From Microgenomates group bacterium (GTDB lineage Bacteria > Patescibacteriota > Microgenomatia > Daviesbacterales > UBA10151): DNA of 64,000 bases. Below are positions 21,111 to 30,512 of the stretch, piece by piece. How positions within the stretch are numbered: position 1 is the first letter of the stretch; every line of letters begins with the position of its first letter. Below the pieces are notes generated by a model. It saw only the letters and a program-made list of their open reading frames with translations, searched no databases and was not told where the DNA came from. Position numbers and translations under genes: made by a program. The DNA lies in contig JBAZXP010000001.1 in the NCBI GenBank assembly GCA_041659805.1, positions 64,589 to 128,588 of the forward strand, read 5' to 3'.

Positions 21111-22603
21111 TTGATAATTAATTGATCTAATATTTTTTGGGCTGGAGTAAATTCTGGATTAATTAAAACTACCTGATAAAATTGTTCCCCTGCCAAATCC
21201 CCTCTTTGTGTCTTTAAATAAATATTTCCCAAATTATATCTTGCTTCCCAAAATCTTGGATCCAAATCAATTGTTTTTAAAAAATAATATTTAGCTTTTT
21301 CAAAATTCCCCTGATCACCATATGTAACCCCTAAAGTATAAGCAGCTAAGGCAGATTTAGGATGTTGAGACTCAACCTTTGTCCAAAAACTAATAGGATC
21401 TTTCCAAGCTTGGTTTTGAATAAAAGTTAAAAAGAAATAAGTGATAAGCAATAAGATTGTAATGATGGTAATCCATTTATACTTTTTACTTAACCAAATT
21501 ATAAAATATGAAAGTAGAAGAAAAAAGGAAATAGAAGAAATATAAAGATATTTATCAGCTATAGCAATTCCTTGGGGAAAAAAATAATCAACAGGAAGTA
21601 AGCTCAAAAAAAACCAACCAATACAAAAAGTTATTAATGGGAATTTCTTAAAATATTTGATAGCTACAAAAACCAGAGAAATTAAAACTAAAATTGAAAA
21701 TAAAATATCTAAATCGAATGGTGTTTGGACTAAAATTGATTGTATATTTGAATGTGGAGTCATAAAAGATTCAAAACCTGGGGCTAAATCATGAATATAA
21801 GAAACAGTATTGGGGAAAATTAACAACCCTATATACATCATCATTACCTTGCTCATAGTTAACATGGTGTGATAAAAACTAAAACCCAAATAATCTCCCC
21901 TGCTAAAAGGAATCTGTAAAATAAAGACCCTGAGGATTAAGAAAGAAGCAGTAGCAATAAAATATGGTGAATATACTAGAATCTGTTTTGATAAATTTTT
22001 GAAGTTTAATTTTTTAAAACACAAATCATAAAGAATAATTAAAAAAGGTAAAGTCAAAGTCATTTCATAAGTAAAGAAAGCAAGGATAGCAAAAACTACA
22101 GATAATATATTTTTAGATTTTAAATACAACAAAAATGACGCTAAAAAGAAAACTACTCCTGACATCTCCATACTGGCAGAAATATAAGTTATAGATTCTG
22201 TATGAACTGGATGTAACCCAAACATTAAACTTGTTAAAAATGCCACATATTTTTTCTTGATTAGCTCCATTACCAAAAAGTAGACCAAAATTGTAGCTAA
22301 TAGATGAACTATTATGGAATGAATATGATACCCCACAGGATTTTCCCCAAAAATTTGCTGGTATACCAAATACAAGGTGCTCCTGATTGGTCTGTAAACT
22401 CCTTTGTGAATCTCTGGCACTTCCCCTTTGAGCAAATCAGGTAGGTTTTCTACATTTTTAACCTGAGGCCAATCCACAATAAAAGTTTTATCATCAATCA
22501 TAAAACCATTTTGGAAAATATTAACGTAAGCCAAAAATGTTAGAATCACTATTATCAGAAGCTGATTTTTTTTCTGACTAAGTAATGTAATTATAATTTT
22601 CAT
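21107..22603 (-). CDS. TMTC/DUF1736-like polytopic membrane protein with C-terminal TPR repeats (paralog of 19185..21110)
   Basis: 498 aa. FQNGFMIDDKTFIVDWP...GVYRPIRSTLYLVYQQIFGENPVGYHIHSIIVHLLA. TPR (ALAAYTLGVTYGDQGNFEKAKYYFLKTIDLDP). Shares a ~50-bp identical DNA block with the paralog (22019..22068 vs 20461..20510). Confidence 0.6.
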   Translation of the reverse strand: MKIIITLLSQKKNQLLIIVILTFLAYVNIFQNGFMIDDKTFIVDWPQVKNVENLPDLLKGEVPEIHKGVYRPIRSTLYLVYQQIFGENPVGYHIHSIIVHLLATILVYFLVMELIKKKYVAFLTSLMFGLHPVHTESITYISASMEMSGVVFFLASFLLYLKSKNILSVVFAILAFFTYEMTLTLPFLIILYDLCFKKLNFKNLSKQILVYSPYFIATASFLILRVFILQIPFSRGDYLGFSFYHTMLTMSKVMMMYIGLLIFPNTVSYIHDLAPGFESFMTPHSNIQSILVQTPFDLDILFSILVLISLVFVAIKYFKKFPLITFCIGWFFLSLLPVDYFFPQGIAIADKYLYISSISFFLLLSYFIIWLSKKYKWITIITILLLITYFFLTFIQNQAWKDPISFWTKVESQHPKSALAAYTLGVTYGDQGNFEKAKYYFLKTIDLDPRFWEARYNLGNIYLKTQRGDLAGEQFYQVVLINPEFTPAQKILDQLIIK

Positions 22604-22659
22604 CTCTTAAATCTTATTTCTTAAATCTTAAATCTGCTTTATTATTATATACTTAACAA

Positions 22660-24459
22660 ATGGGAAGAAAAACAAAGCTCAAATTATTAAAAAAAGAAGT
22701 CCGCACACAAGAACTTCAACAAATTAAAACTCAAAGATTTGATTCCAAAAGAAAATTACTAAATAAAATTTTAACTATATTTACCCTACTGTCTGTTTTA
22801 CTGGCTATTTTATCCTTGGCTTTTGCTGTTTTTAATCCAGGCTTACCTTCAGGACACGATCTGATTGCCCATGCTTTCCGCTCCAAAATCTTTATTGAAG
22901 CCTTAAGAGAGGAACAATTCCCTGTTAGATGGATTGACTGGGCTAATAATAATTTTAGCGGACCTTTTTTTAATTTTTATCAGGTTGGATATTATTATTT
23001 AGCTTTTTTTATCAGTTTAATCTCTTTTTCCATTTATGATTCTATAAAAATCTTAATCATTGGTTCCTGGTGGTTGGGTGCATTGTTTATGTTTCTTTAT
23101 GCCAGACGTTTTGGAATACTTCCGGCGTCTCTGGCTGCCTTAATCTATGCTTTTACCCCTTATACTATTTCTGATTTTTTTGTCAGGGCTTCTTATCCAG
23201 AATGTTTAGCAATTTCACTTAGCATAGGAATTCTTTGGGCTCTTGATAGAATTCTTGTGACAGCCAAAACTATATATGGTATCCCACTCACACTCTGTGT
23301 GGCCGGTCTGGCTCTGACTCATTTGCCTACTGTGATAATACTGGCGCCAATTTTAATTGGATATTTTTTTCTGTTACTTTTTAATAAAGAAATAAAATTA
23401 AAGGGCTTAATACCCTTTGCTATTGCGGGATTACTTGGACTTGGTTTGTCTGCTTTTTATCTTATTCCATCCCTTTTTGAATTGGATTTGGTAAAAAGTT
23501 CACTTTTAACAGCTTCTTATTATGATTTCAGGCCTCATTTTGTGTATCCTGAACAATTATTTTCTACTTTTTGGGATTATGGAATATCGAAAGCCGGAAA
23601 TACTGATGGTATGTCTTTTCAAGTAGGTCACATCAACTGGATTATTATTTTATTGGCTTTAGTGCTAACAACTTTTTACCTGTTTAAGAAAAATCACAAA
23701 AATACCCTTCATTTAGTGTTCTGGTTATTAACCATACTTTATAGCTTTTTCTTTATTCATGAAATTTCTATATCTTTTTGGGAAAATATTCAAACAATAG
23801 CTTTTATTCAATACCCCTGGAGATATTTAATGGTTATTCCAATTGCCACTGCTGTTTTAGCTAGTCTACTGCTACAAACAATCCCTAAAATATGGCAACA
23901 ATCTTTGATAATTCTTATAACAATTTTAGGAATTTTTATTTTTTACAAAGATTATCTGAAGCCCGCAACATTTCTTTCAACTGATTATTTTAAATTTGAT
24001 ACCAATGATTGGCAAAAAAGTGAGGCTGCTAAATATGCAGTTTTAGAAGAAGGATATGAACCCAAAACAGCTGAACTTACACCTCAAGGAAACTTAAATA
24101 AGTGGGCTCTTATTCAAGGTAAAGGAAAGGTGGAAGAAAAAGCTATCAAACAAGAAAACAAACAATTTACAACAACCAGTACAGAAACCTTGGCATTTTT
24201 ATTAACTACCCATTATTTCCCAGGCTGGAAAGCTTATATAGATAATGCAGAAACAAAAATAGAAACTACACAGGGTTATGGTTTCATGCAAATTGAAGTG
24301 CCTCAAGGAGTGCATAAAGTAGAATTTAAATTTACTAATACCCCAATTAGATCAGCTGCTAATTTAATTTCTATATTTTCTTTAATTACTTTTGTAATAT
24401 GGCAAATACTTGCTTGGAAAAAATATTTATTTGTAGATAAGACCAACAGTAGAAGTTAG
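22660..24459 (+). CDS. YfhO-like GT-C-fold membrane protein (putative glycosyltransferase)
   Basis: 599 aa with multiple TM helices. The C-terminal soluble domain YFPGWKAYIDNAETKIETTQGYGFMQIEVPQGVHKVEFKFTNTP matches the YfhO-family C-terminal block (YFPGWKA.VDG....V..G.H.VEF.Y). Confidence 0.5.
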   Translation: MGRKTKLKLLKKEVRTQELQQIKTQRFDSKRKLLNKILTIFTLLSVLLAILSLAFAVFNPGLPSGHDLIAHAFRSKIFIEALREEQFPVRWIDWANNNFSGPFFNFYQVGYYYLAFFISLISFSIYDSIKILIIGSWWLGALFMFLYARRFGILPASLAALIYAFTPYTISDFFVRASYPECLAISLSIGILWALDRILVTAKTIYGIPLTLCVAGLALTHLPTVIILAPILIGYFFLLLFNKEIKLKGLIPFAIAGLLGLGLSAFYLIPSLFELDLVKSSLLTASYYDFRPHFVYPEQLFSTFWDYGISKAGNTDGMSFQVGHINWIIILLALVLTTFYLFKKNHKNTLHLVFWLLTILYSFFFIHEISISFWENIQTIAFIQYPWRYLMVIPIATAVLASLLLQTIPKIWQQSLIILITILGIFIFYKDYLKPATFLSTDYFKFDTNDWQKSEAAKYAVLEEGYEPKTAELTPQGNLNKWALIQGKGKVEEKAIKQENKQFTTTSTETLAFLLTTHYFPGWKAYIDNAETKIETTQGYGFMQIEVPQGVHKVEFKFTNTPIRSAANLISIFSLITFVIWQILAWKKYLFVDKTNSRS

Positions 24460-25602
24460 GAATGGAGCTAAATTAATTCTTCTATTTTTTTGATCTATTG
24501 AATCAACCAAAAAGTTTGTTTTTTGTCCCATTTGATATGCTTGGCCTTCCATTTTTTCTATGGGCAGAAAGCCCATCACCTCGGGGGTGAGCTTTGGCTC
24601 CCCCGAGGTGGATTGCAATTTCACATCTACCCCATTTTGAGAAATATTTGAAACAGTTCCTGTTATTACATCATCAACCTGATATTTTTCAATCTCTTCA
24701 GCAAAAGGATCTTTGCTCATTTGTCTAATAGATAAATTCAGCCTGCCTAAGTTATCATCAATCCCTGTAATTTTAGCTGTTACTTCTACTCCTGGTTTAA
24801 AATCTTTAGTTAAATCAATTTCTACTCCTTCAACTGACTGTTCCCAAGTTGTTTCCTGAGGATAAATAATTCCTTCTGTACCTTTTATATCCAAGAACAA
24901 TCCAAAAGGTGTTACAGCTAAAATCTTACCAGTTACCTCATCCCCCACTTTAAAAGAAGCTAATTCCTTTTTTTCTTCATCTTTTAAAACAGGTCTGGAT
25001 GAAAAAACTAGTTTATTATTATTGGGATCAACTTCTATAACTGATAGCCTTAATTCTTTACCAACCAAATCACTCAAATTTGTTTGATTATTTAAGCTTT
25101 TTAAGCTGACTTGTGAACTTGGAATAAAACCTCTGATTCCATCAATTGAAACAATCAAACCACCTCTGTTAATTTCAGAAATTTCACCTGAATAGGTTGC
25201 TCCTGTTTCCCTGCCCTGAATAAACTTTTGCCATTTAGACATATCTATCTTTCGGGCTCCTCTGCCACCTCTGGATGAGATTATTTCCTGTTTGAACATG
25301 CTGACAATAATTTGACCTGATTCTGTTTCTGGAGAAACAACAAAGACATCAAGTTTATCACCAACTTTAAGAGCTTGTAATTTTTCAGAAGACAAATCTT
25401 TTTTGCTTAAAACACCCTCTGCTTTAGCTTTAAGATCAAGAATAATTTCAGAATCAGTAATATTTATAACCTCACCTGTGACTTGCTCACCACGATTAAA
25501 GCTTAATCTCCTGTTGTCATAGGATGACATTAGCTTGTCCATTATGGAGTTACCTGCTGATTTTTCTGAACTTTGATGATTAAATTTAGACTTTTTTGAC
25601 AA
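24427..25602 (-). CDS. rpsA: 30S ribosomal protein S1 (short form with 5-6 S1 domains)
   Basis: Repeated S1-domain cores (GEQVTGEVINITDSEIILDL, GDKLDVFVVS, YSGEISEINRGGLIVSIDGIRGFIP, GDEVTGKILAVTPFGLFLDI, GVEVTAKITGID, DDVITGTVSNISQNGVDVKL). 391 aa. Confidence 0.75.
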   Translation of the reverse strand: MSKKSKFNHQSSEKSAGNSIMDKLMSSYDNRRLSFNRGEQVTGEVINITDSEIILDLKAKAEGVLSKKDLSSEKLQALKVGDKLDVFVVSPETESGQIIVSMFKQEIISSRGGRGARKIDMSKWQKFIQGRETGATYSGEISEINRGGLIVSIDGIRGFIPSSQVSLKSLNNQTNLSDLVGKELRLSVIEVDPNNNKLVFSSRPVLKDEEKKELASFKVGDEVTGKILAVTPFGLFLDIKGTEGIIYPQETTWEQSVEGVEIDLTKDFKPGVEVTAKITGIDDNLGRLNLSIRQMSKDPFAEEIEKYQVDDVITGTVSNISQNGVDVKLQSTSGEPKLTPEVMGFLPIEKMEGQAYQMGQKTNFLVDSIDQKNRRINLAPFLTSTVGLIYK

Positions 25603-25668
25603 ACATTTATACCTGGCTTTCTTTAAAGGTGGAAAGATTGTAGCAGCTTTTAATTAATTTCTCAATAC

Positions 25669-26847
25669 TCAAGGCACACAACCATTGCCATTATTATATA
25701 AAGCAGCTATTTCAGAAGGAGAAAGAGCTCTATTATAAACCCTCACATCTTCAATAGGACCATTAAAATATGTAGTTCCACCTATTTTAAAAGTACCTGT
25801 TGAATGGGTCCCAATACCAGTAGTCCAATTACCATATCCTGGCGTGGTAGCATCCACTCCATTTTTATAAATTTTCATTTGATTTGAGCCATTATAAGTT
25901 GCCACTAAATGAACCCACTCATTTATGTTTAGAGTACCATTACCCCTTGCTTCACCAACACCATTATTATAAATATGAAAAGAGTAGCCTCCAGTAACTG
26001 TTGCAGTACTCCAAATATGAATAGCGTAGCCTCCCCGATCGGTTCCACTAACATATCTTTCTTTGTGCAAAGACCGTGTATAACCATTAACTGGCGGGAG
26101 ACCGAGAGGTTTCATCCAAATAGAAATACTAATAGGGTTTAACCCTTCGATATTTAAACTGGGAACAGTCGTTGTTGATTGTACAACCTTACTGATTCCA
26201 TCAAAATCACCCATTCTTCCAAAACCAGCTTTTTCACTGACTAGGGTGTTTGCAGCACCATATGCTCTTAAATTATTACCCTGACCAGAAGAATCAATAA
26301 CATCATTGCTAGTCCCATTCCAAGAAGCCTCATCTAATTTCCAATATCCCACCAACCCTGAAGTTAATATTCCATAAGGATCACAGGAAGGATTAGATCC
26401 ACCATATCCACCACCACTACCTCCTCCACCTCCCTCAGATAAAGAAGAGCCTTGGGTAGAAGAAGAACAAAAACAAGTGCTGGAGTTTGAGTAACAAGGA
26501 GCACTCTGGTTATCCCCCAGGGAAGCACAGTAAGCTACTCTGTCTGTTGCTTGAGTAATACAACTTGTTTCTGGTCCTACCAAACAAGGGTAATTATTTC
26601 CTTCTGGGGTTTTGGGGATTTTCCCTGCAGCAAAATCTGTAGTAGCTAAAGCTGAATAAGATCCAGCAGAAGAATATTTAACTTCATAAGCTTTAGAGAT
26701 AGCATTTAAGTCTGCTTTTCTTTGAGCATCTCTGGCAGAAGTAGTTACATTTCTAAAAACAGTCACCCCTACCACTGCTAAAATAGCAATAATAGCCACA
26801 ACAACTAGAAATTCTACCAGAGTGAAGCCTTTAATTTTTCCCTTCAT
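25669..26847 (-). CDS. type IV pilin-like protein (prepilin N-terminal methylation motif) with Cys-rich middle region and C-terminal LamG_3 lectin domain
   Basis: N-terminus MKGKIKGFTLVEFLVVVAIIAILA is a class III signal / prepilin cleavage motif (G|FTLVE). C-terminus GYWKLDE...FDG...W.HLVATYNGSNQMKIYKNGVD...IEDVRVYNRALSPSEIAALYN matches the LamG_3 signature. Confidence 0.7.
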   Translation of the reverse strand: MKGKIKGFTLVEFLVVVAIIAILAVVGVTVFRNVTTSARDAQRKADLNAISKAYEVKYSSAGSYSALATTDFAAGKIPKTPEGNNYPCLVGPETSCITQATDRVAYCASLGDNQSAPCYSNSSTCFCSSSTQGSSLSEGGGGGSGGGYGGSNPSCDPYGILTSGLVGYWKLDEASWNGTSNDVIDSSGQGNNLRAYGAANTLVSEKAGFGRMGDFDGISKVVQSTTTVPSLNIEGLNPISISIWMKPLGLPPVNGYTRSLHKERYVSGTDRGGYAIHIWSTATVTGGYSFHIYNNGVGEARGNGTLNINEWVHLVATYNGSNQMKIYKNGVDATTPGYGNWTTGIGTHSTGTFKIGGTTYFNGPIEDVRVYNRALSPSEIAALYNNGNGCVP

Positions 26848-26905
26848 AAATTTAGATTACTACACCATAAAAAAGTGGTCAAACCAATCCACTAACCCAT
26901 AGCAA

Positions 26906-26934
26906 TTGACCTCAACTTTAAAGGATGATAGAAT
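26906..26934 (+). promoter_or_regulatory. sigma70-like promoter (TTGACC, 17-bp spacer, TAGAAT) predicting a leaderless mRNA starting at the ATG at 26941
   Basis: TTGACC at 26906-26911 and TAGAAT at 26929-26934 with an exact 17-bp spacer. The ATG is at 26941, about 7 nt after the -10 element. Confidence 0.45.
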
Positions 26935-26940
26935 TGCCGA

Positions 26941-27579
26941 ATGAGTTTTTCGGAAAAAGAAATAGACACATATTTAAAAATTACAGAACAAGTTACTCCT
27001 GAAGATAAAAAAGCAGTTACAGCAGCGTTTATCAACGAAGAAACCAGAATCAAAACCTTAAAATCTTTAGGCCTGTTAGGAGATCCAACTAAATTATCGT
27101 TTTATTCTATAGATAATGTCAGTAGGATGGCTGAAGAAGAGCTTGTCAAGCTTAAATATAGCAGTGAAAACGCTCTATTACTGGAAAATTTGAACAGATG
27201 GGTCCAGAGAGTTAATCCTGAACCTTGGACAATTGACGCCCAAACTATCGGTATTGCCCTAATACTCCGCATGTTTAGATACCAATACGGAGATATATTT
27301 CCTGTCAAACTTGAAAAACTTAATCCCGGAAAAGCAATGAGAGCATTTGAAAAAACGCCATTCCAATTTAATTCAGCTCCGTCAACTATTATATCGAGAC
27401 TAATGAGCTCTCCGGAGCATGAAGCCATCCCTATTTATCAACCGAATATACAAGATAGCTTAAGCAGAATTACCTGCAAATTACCGGGGCTGACACATTT
27501 TATTGAAAGAGGTGCCGGTGGAATGTACCGGATAATTGAAGATTCCTGGCAAGATTTATCCCCTCTTACTCAAAAATAA
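26941..27579 (+). CDS. hypothetical protein
   Basis: 212-aa ORF directly downstream of a good promoter and followed by a terminator hairpin. No recognisable motif. Confidence 0.45.
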   Translation: MSFSEKEIDTYLKITEQVTPEDKKAVTAAFINEETRIKTLKSLGLLGDPTKLSFYSIDNVSRMAEEELVKLKYSSENALLLENLNRWVQRVNPEPWTIDAQTIGIALILRMFRYQYGDIFPVKLEKLNPGKAMRAFEKTPFQFNSAPSTIISRLMSSPEHEAIPIYQPNIQDSLSRITCKLPGLTHFIERGAGGMYRIIEDSWQDLSPLTQK

Positions 27580-27600
27580 TAAATCAAAAAATCCCAACAA

Positions 27601-27624
27601 AAAACCTCCTTTAGGGAGGTTTTT
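27601..27624. terminator. bidirectional rho-independent terminator hairpin (AAAACCTCC-TTTAG-GGAGGTTTTT)
   Basis: Perfect stem flanked by A-run and T-run. Lies between the stop of 26941..27579 (+) and the 3' end of the 5S rRNA (-). Confidence 0.6.
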
Positions 27625-27631
27625 ATGATAT

Positions 27632-27748
27632 TCCGGCAATGACATATTGTCCCGGGGCCTTTCGACCCTAGTATCGTCGGCGCTGCAATCTTTGACTGCT
27701 GAGTTCGGGATGGGATCAGGTCGTTCGGTTGCGCTCAAATCACCGGAC
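27632..27748 (-). rRNA. rrf: 5S ribosomal RNA
   Basis: Reverse complement reads TCCGGTGATTTGAGCGCAACCGAACGACCTGATCCCATCCCGAACTCAGCAGTCAAAG...AGCGCCGACGATACTAGGGTCGAAAGGCCCCGGGACAATATGTCATTGCCGGA. Conserved CCCATCCCGAACTCAG and AGCGCCGA.G.TACT blocks with helix I pairing. Confidence 0.8.
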
Positions 27749-27824
27749 ATCTATAATACCAAATTTTGCTCTAAGAATCAAGGATCTAGACATGCCAAAT
27801 CAAATTATATAAAATATCCTCCTA

Positions 27825-28142
27825 ATGCCGAATAAGGAAGTTTACAGCCCGCTACTTGATGCCGTTCTAAAACAAGTAGGAGCAATAGAAAATGACGTGA
27901 CATACTATGACTTCTATGATAATAGTATCCATGGGCGTGGGGAAAAAAAATTACTCAGTCTTGATCTTCCGTCAGGAGACATGCTTTTAGTATACTATCC
28001 ACCAGCATATTACGGTGCCAGTCTGGTTGGGAAAGACCCCATACTTTATTATCCCACTAAACTTGCTGACCAAATTCATGCAACAATAGCCAGTGTTGAT
28101 AAAGAACACGAGTTTTCCGCCCGAAGATACGACTTCTATTAA
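27825..28142 (+). CDS. hypothetical protein
   Basis: 105-aa ORF with a Tyr-rich composition and no motif. Confidence 0.3.
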   Translation: MPNKEVYSPLLDAVLKQVGAIENDVTYYDFYDNSIHGRGEKKLLSLDLPSGDMLLVYYPPAYYGASLVGKDPILYYPTKLADQIHATIASVDKEHEFSARRYDFY

Positions 28143-28147
28143 TTAGA

Positions 28148-29245
28148 TTAAGTTTCTGAAGGCTTAAAGAGCCCCTGACCTAAAACATACCAAAACATGA
28201 CTAAAACAGCTACGCTCAAAGGATTAAAACACAAAGCATATATTAACCCAATTAACAAAGCTAACATAAACCTATTATCTGAAGCTAAAAAGTGATAAAC
28301 AGAGATAATCAGGATCCAGAGAAAAAGAAGAACACCTAAAATCCCCCCTTGAACCCAAAAATCTAAGAATATATTATGACTGCTATCAACTATCTGATAT
28401 TGCACATTATTATTTAGCTGCTTGGCACTTTTAGCCAAAGAGCTTTGAACATTACCAAATCCATTACCATAAATCGGAGAAGACCAACCTGCATGGTATG
28501 CTGTCTGCCAAATCTCTGCCCTGTTTTCAAACCACCCTCCGCCCTCAATAAATGGGAACGATAAGCTGGCTACAATAAGCAGAAAGCCTATAATTGAGGT
28601 TTTTTTAACCTCTAGTAAAAGGTTTTGACTCAGTATTATATATATAATCGTTACAAAAAATGCAAAAAGTCCAGACCTGCTTCCGGATAATAGTATTAAC
28701 TCTAAACAAACAATTAATGAAACTATCCAGTATTTCCACCGGTTTCTGAAAAAGACGCAGGTAAAGAAAAAAATGGCAACAGCAGCTAAAGAATTCGGTT
28801 CTCCCAAAGTTCCCACTGCCCTACCGTTTAAGGTAGCCCCAAAAATAAATCCAATTAAGGCCAAAGTTAAAAGCATTGAAAGAAATAAAAAATAGAAGAA
28901 GCCGTTTAGCTTCATTACATTAATTTGGGAAGAAAGAATGGCAAAAACAATCAAATGCCAGACTAAAAAAACACCCTGGAGTCTGAAAATGTTACCGAAA
29001 AACAACTTAAAATCAGGATTAATAATCAGAGTGCTGAATGTGAGTAAAAAAAGCAAAATAAAAGGTAAAACAACCCAGCTTTTAAGCTTCTTTAAGTGAT
29101 TAGAAAAAAGGCTCACAAGGAGTAAAGCTTCCACCCCAACCTCTACCCCAATCACTTTGGGAATCTCGAAAAATGAAGTTCCGAACGGAAACACAAAAAA
29201 AGGAAGAAAGAAAACCAAGGCTAAAATAATTTGACGGGCATTCAC
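28148..29245 (-). CDS. polytopic membrane protein, possibly O-antigen ligase (Wzy_C)-like
   Basis: 365 aa with about 10 TM helices. The pattern GSRSGLFAF..TIIY resembles the O-antigen ligase core. Assignment is tentative. Confidence 0.35.
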   Translation of the reverse strand: MNARQIILALVFFLPFFVFPFGTSFFEIPKVIGVEVGVEALLLVSLFSNHLKKLKSWVVLPFILLFLLTFSTLIINPDFKLFFGNIFRLQGVFLVWHLIVFAILSSQINVMKLNGFFYFLFLSMLLTLALIGFIFGATLNGRAVGTLGEPNSLAAVAIFFFTCVFFRNRWKYWIVSLIVCLELILLSGSRSGLFAFFVTIIYIILSQNLLLEVKKTSIIGFLLIVASLSFPFIEGGGWFENRAEIWQTAYHAGWSSPIYGNGFGNVQSSLAKSAKQLNNNVQYQIVDSSHNIFLDFWVQGGILGVLLFLWILIISVYHFLASDNRFMLALLIGLIYALCFNPLSVAVLVMFWYVLGQGLFKPSET

Positions 29246-29278
29246 TAATATTATATTAGCAAAAAGTACAGGTTTAGG

Positions 29279-30037
29279 TTAGTGAGGAAGTAAACCTTTG
29301 AAGAAGTTTACAAATCTGACTTTAACATTATTAAATGATTCAAAAATACGCTCAGCAGGGCTAACTTTTGGTGTATTTGATAAAACTCTTTGAGTGAGTG
29401 TTGGTGTACTGTCATTTTTATAAGATTTAGTTGAAGCAAGCACGAAACTTTCAAAATTTCCAGCAGACCCTGTTAATTTAGAACCATTAATCGTGACTGA
29501 AACTTCATTTGAGAACTCGCCTGGCATACAATTATTTCCGGCTCTGACTCTAAAGTAATAAGTAGTTCCGCCTGATAAATGTGAAACAGTGTAGCTGGTG
29601 GTATTCACTCCTCCAACATTTGGATTACCGAACATCTTGGAGTTCTTATTTAATCCATATGTAATCATGTAATAAGTCAAAGGTCCCTGAGCTTTTTCCC
29701 AAGTTAAGGTTGCCTGATTTGAACCTGTTTGTTTGACAGAAATCAATTTTGGAGCACTTTTTGGCTTTATGTCAGTACATACTTGTGGAGCAGATGAGCC
29801 TCCATTTGATCCACTTGGAGTATCTCTGTGAATAATTGTTTTTAAAGCTGTACTGATCGGAGCAGTATCAATTGGAGTACTAATAGGTGTGCTTATTGGA
29901 GCCCCATCCAAGGTATCAGCATAAGCCCAGGAAACCTGGAAAAAAAGTATTGTTGCAAATAAAATAACAAAGAAAGCACTAAAAGCTTTTCTTAAATTCA
30001 TAAAACGTATTATAGGATACTTTGGGATAAAAGTCAA
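29279..30037 (-). CDS. secreted protein with fibronectin type III domain
   Basis: N-terminal signal/anchor. FN3-like block PKLISVKQTGSNQATLTWEKAQGPLTYYMITYG...TSYTVSHLSGGTTYYFRVRAGN. Confidence 0.5.
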   Translation of the reverse strand: MTFIPKYPIIRFMNLRKAFSAFFVILFATILFFQVSWAYADTLDGAPISTPISTPIDTAPISTALKTIIHRDTPSGSNGGSSAPQVCTDIKPKSAPKLISVKQTGSNQATLTWEKAQGPLTYYMITYGLNKNSKMFGNPNVGGVNTTSYTVSHLSGGTTYYFRVRAGNNCMPGEFSNEVSVTINGSKLTGSAGNFESFVLASTKSYKNDSTPTLTQRVLSNTPKVSPAERIFESFNNVKVRFVNFFKGLLPH

Positions 30038-30050
30038 ATATTATAGGGTA

Positions 30051-30512
30051 TTATCTTTGGCGGCGAGGATATCGTTGACTGGCGAGTAGCCAAACGCAAT
30101 AACCAGCCATAGCAGTCATAAATCCGAAAATACCAAAATACCCGAAAGCTTGCGCCTTCAATGCCCAGGGCTTTAAATATGTTTCGTTATATAAAACATT
30201 ATAAGCTTTCCTTTGATCTAATATTTGATATGACTTACTCAATTCATCCCCTCTTGCCCTTGCTGCCTCCCTCATCTGTTGTTCGTAATTATCTACCAAA
30301 ACAGAAGCCCTCTGAACTATTTCATCAGAAATAGGTGGAATTTGTGCCTCAATTGCTTGCCTTGCCTGACTATCATCTCCTCTGGATAATTTATAGAGTT
30401 CCGACATTCCCCATCCCCCGCCAAACAAGCCAGTTACCATTATCCCTGCTCCAATAGTCCTGGCAACTTTTTGTTTTAAAGTAAAATCAGGTAAAGTTCT
30501 TTCTGCACCCAT
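30051..30512 (-). CDS. hypothetical membrane protein
   Basis: 153-aa ORF with N- and C-terminal hydrophobic segments. Confidence 0.35.
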   Translation of the reverse strand: MGAERTLPDFTLKQKVARTIGAGIMVTGLFGGGWGMSELYKLSRGDDSQARQAIEAQIPPISDEIVQRASVLVDNYEQQMREAARARGDELSKSYQILDQRKAYNVLYNETYLKPWALKAQAFGYFGIFGFMTAMAGYCVWLLASQRYPRRQR

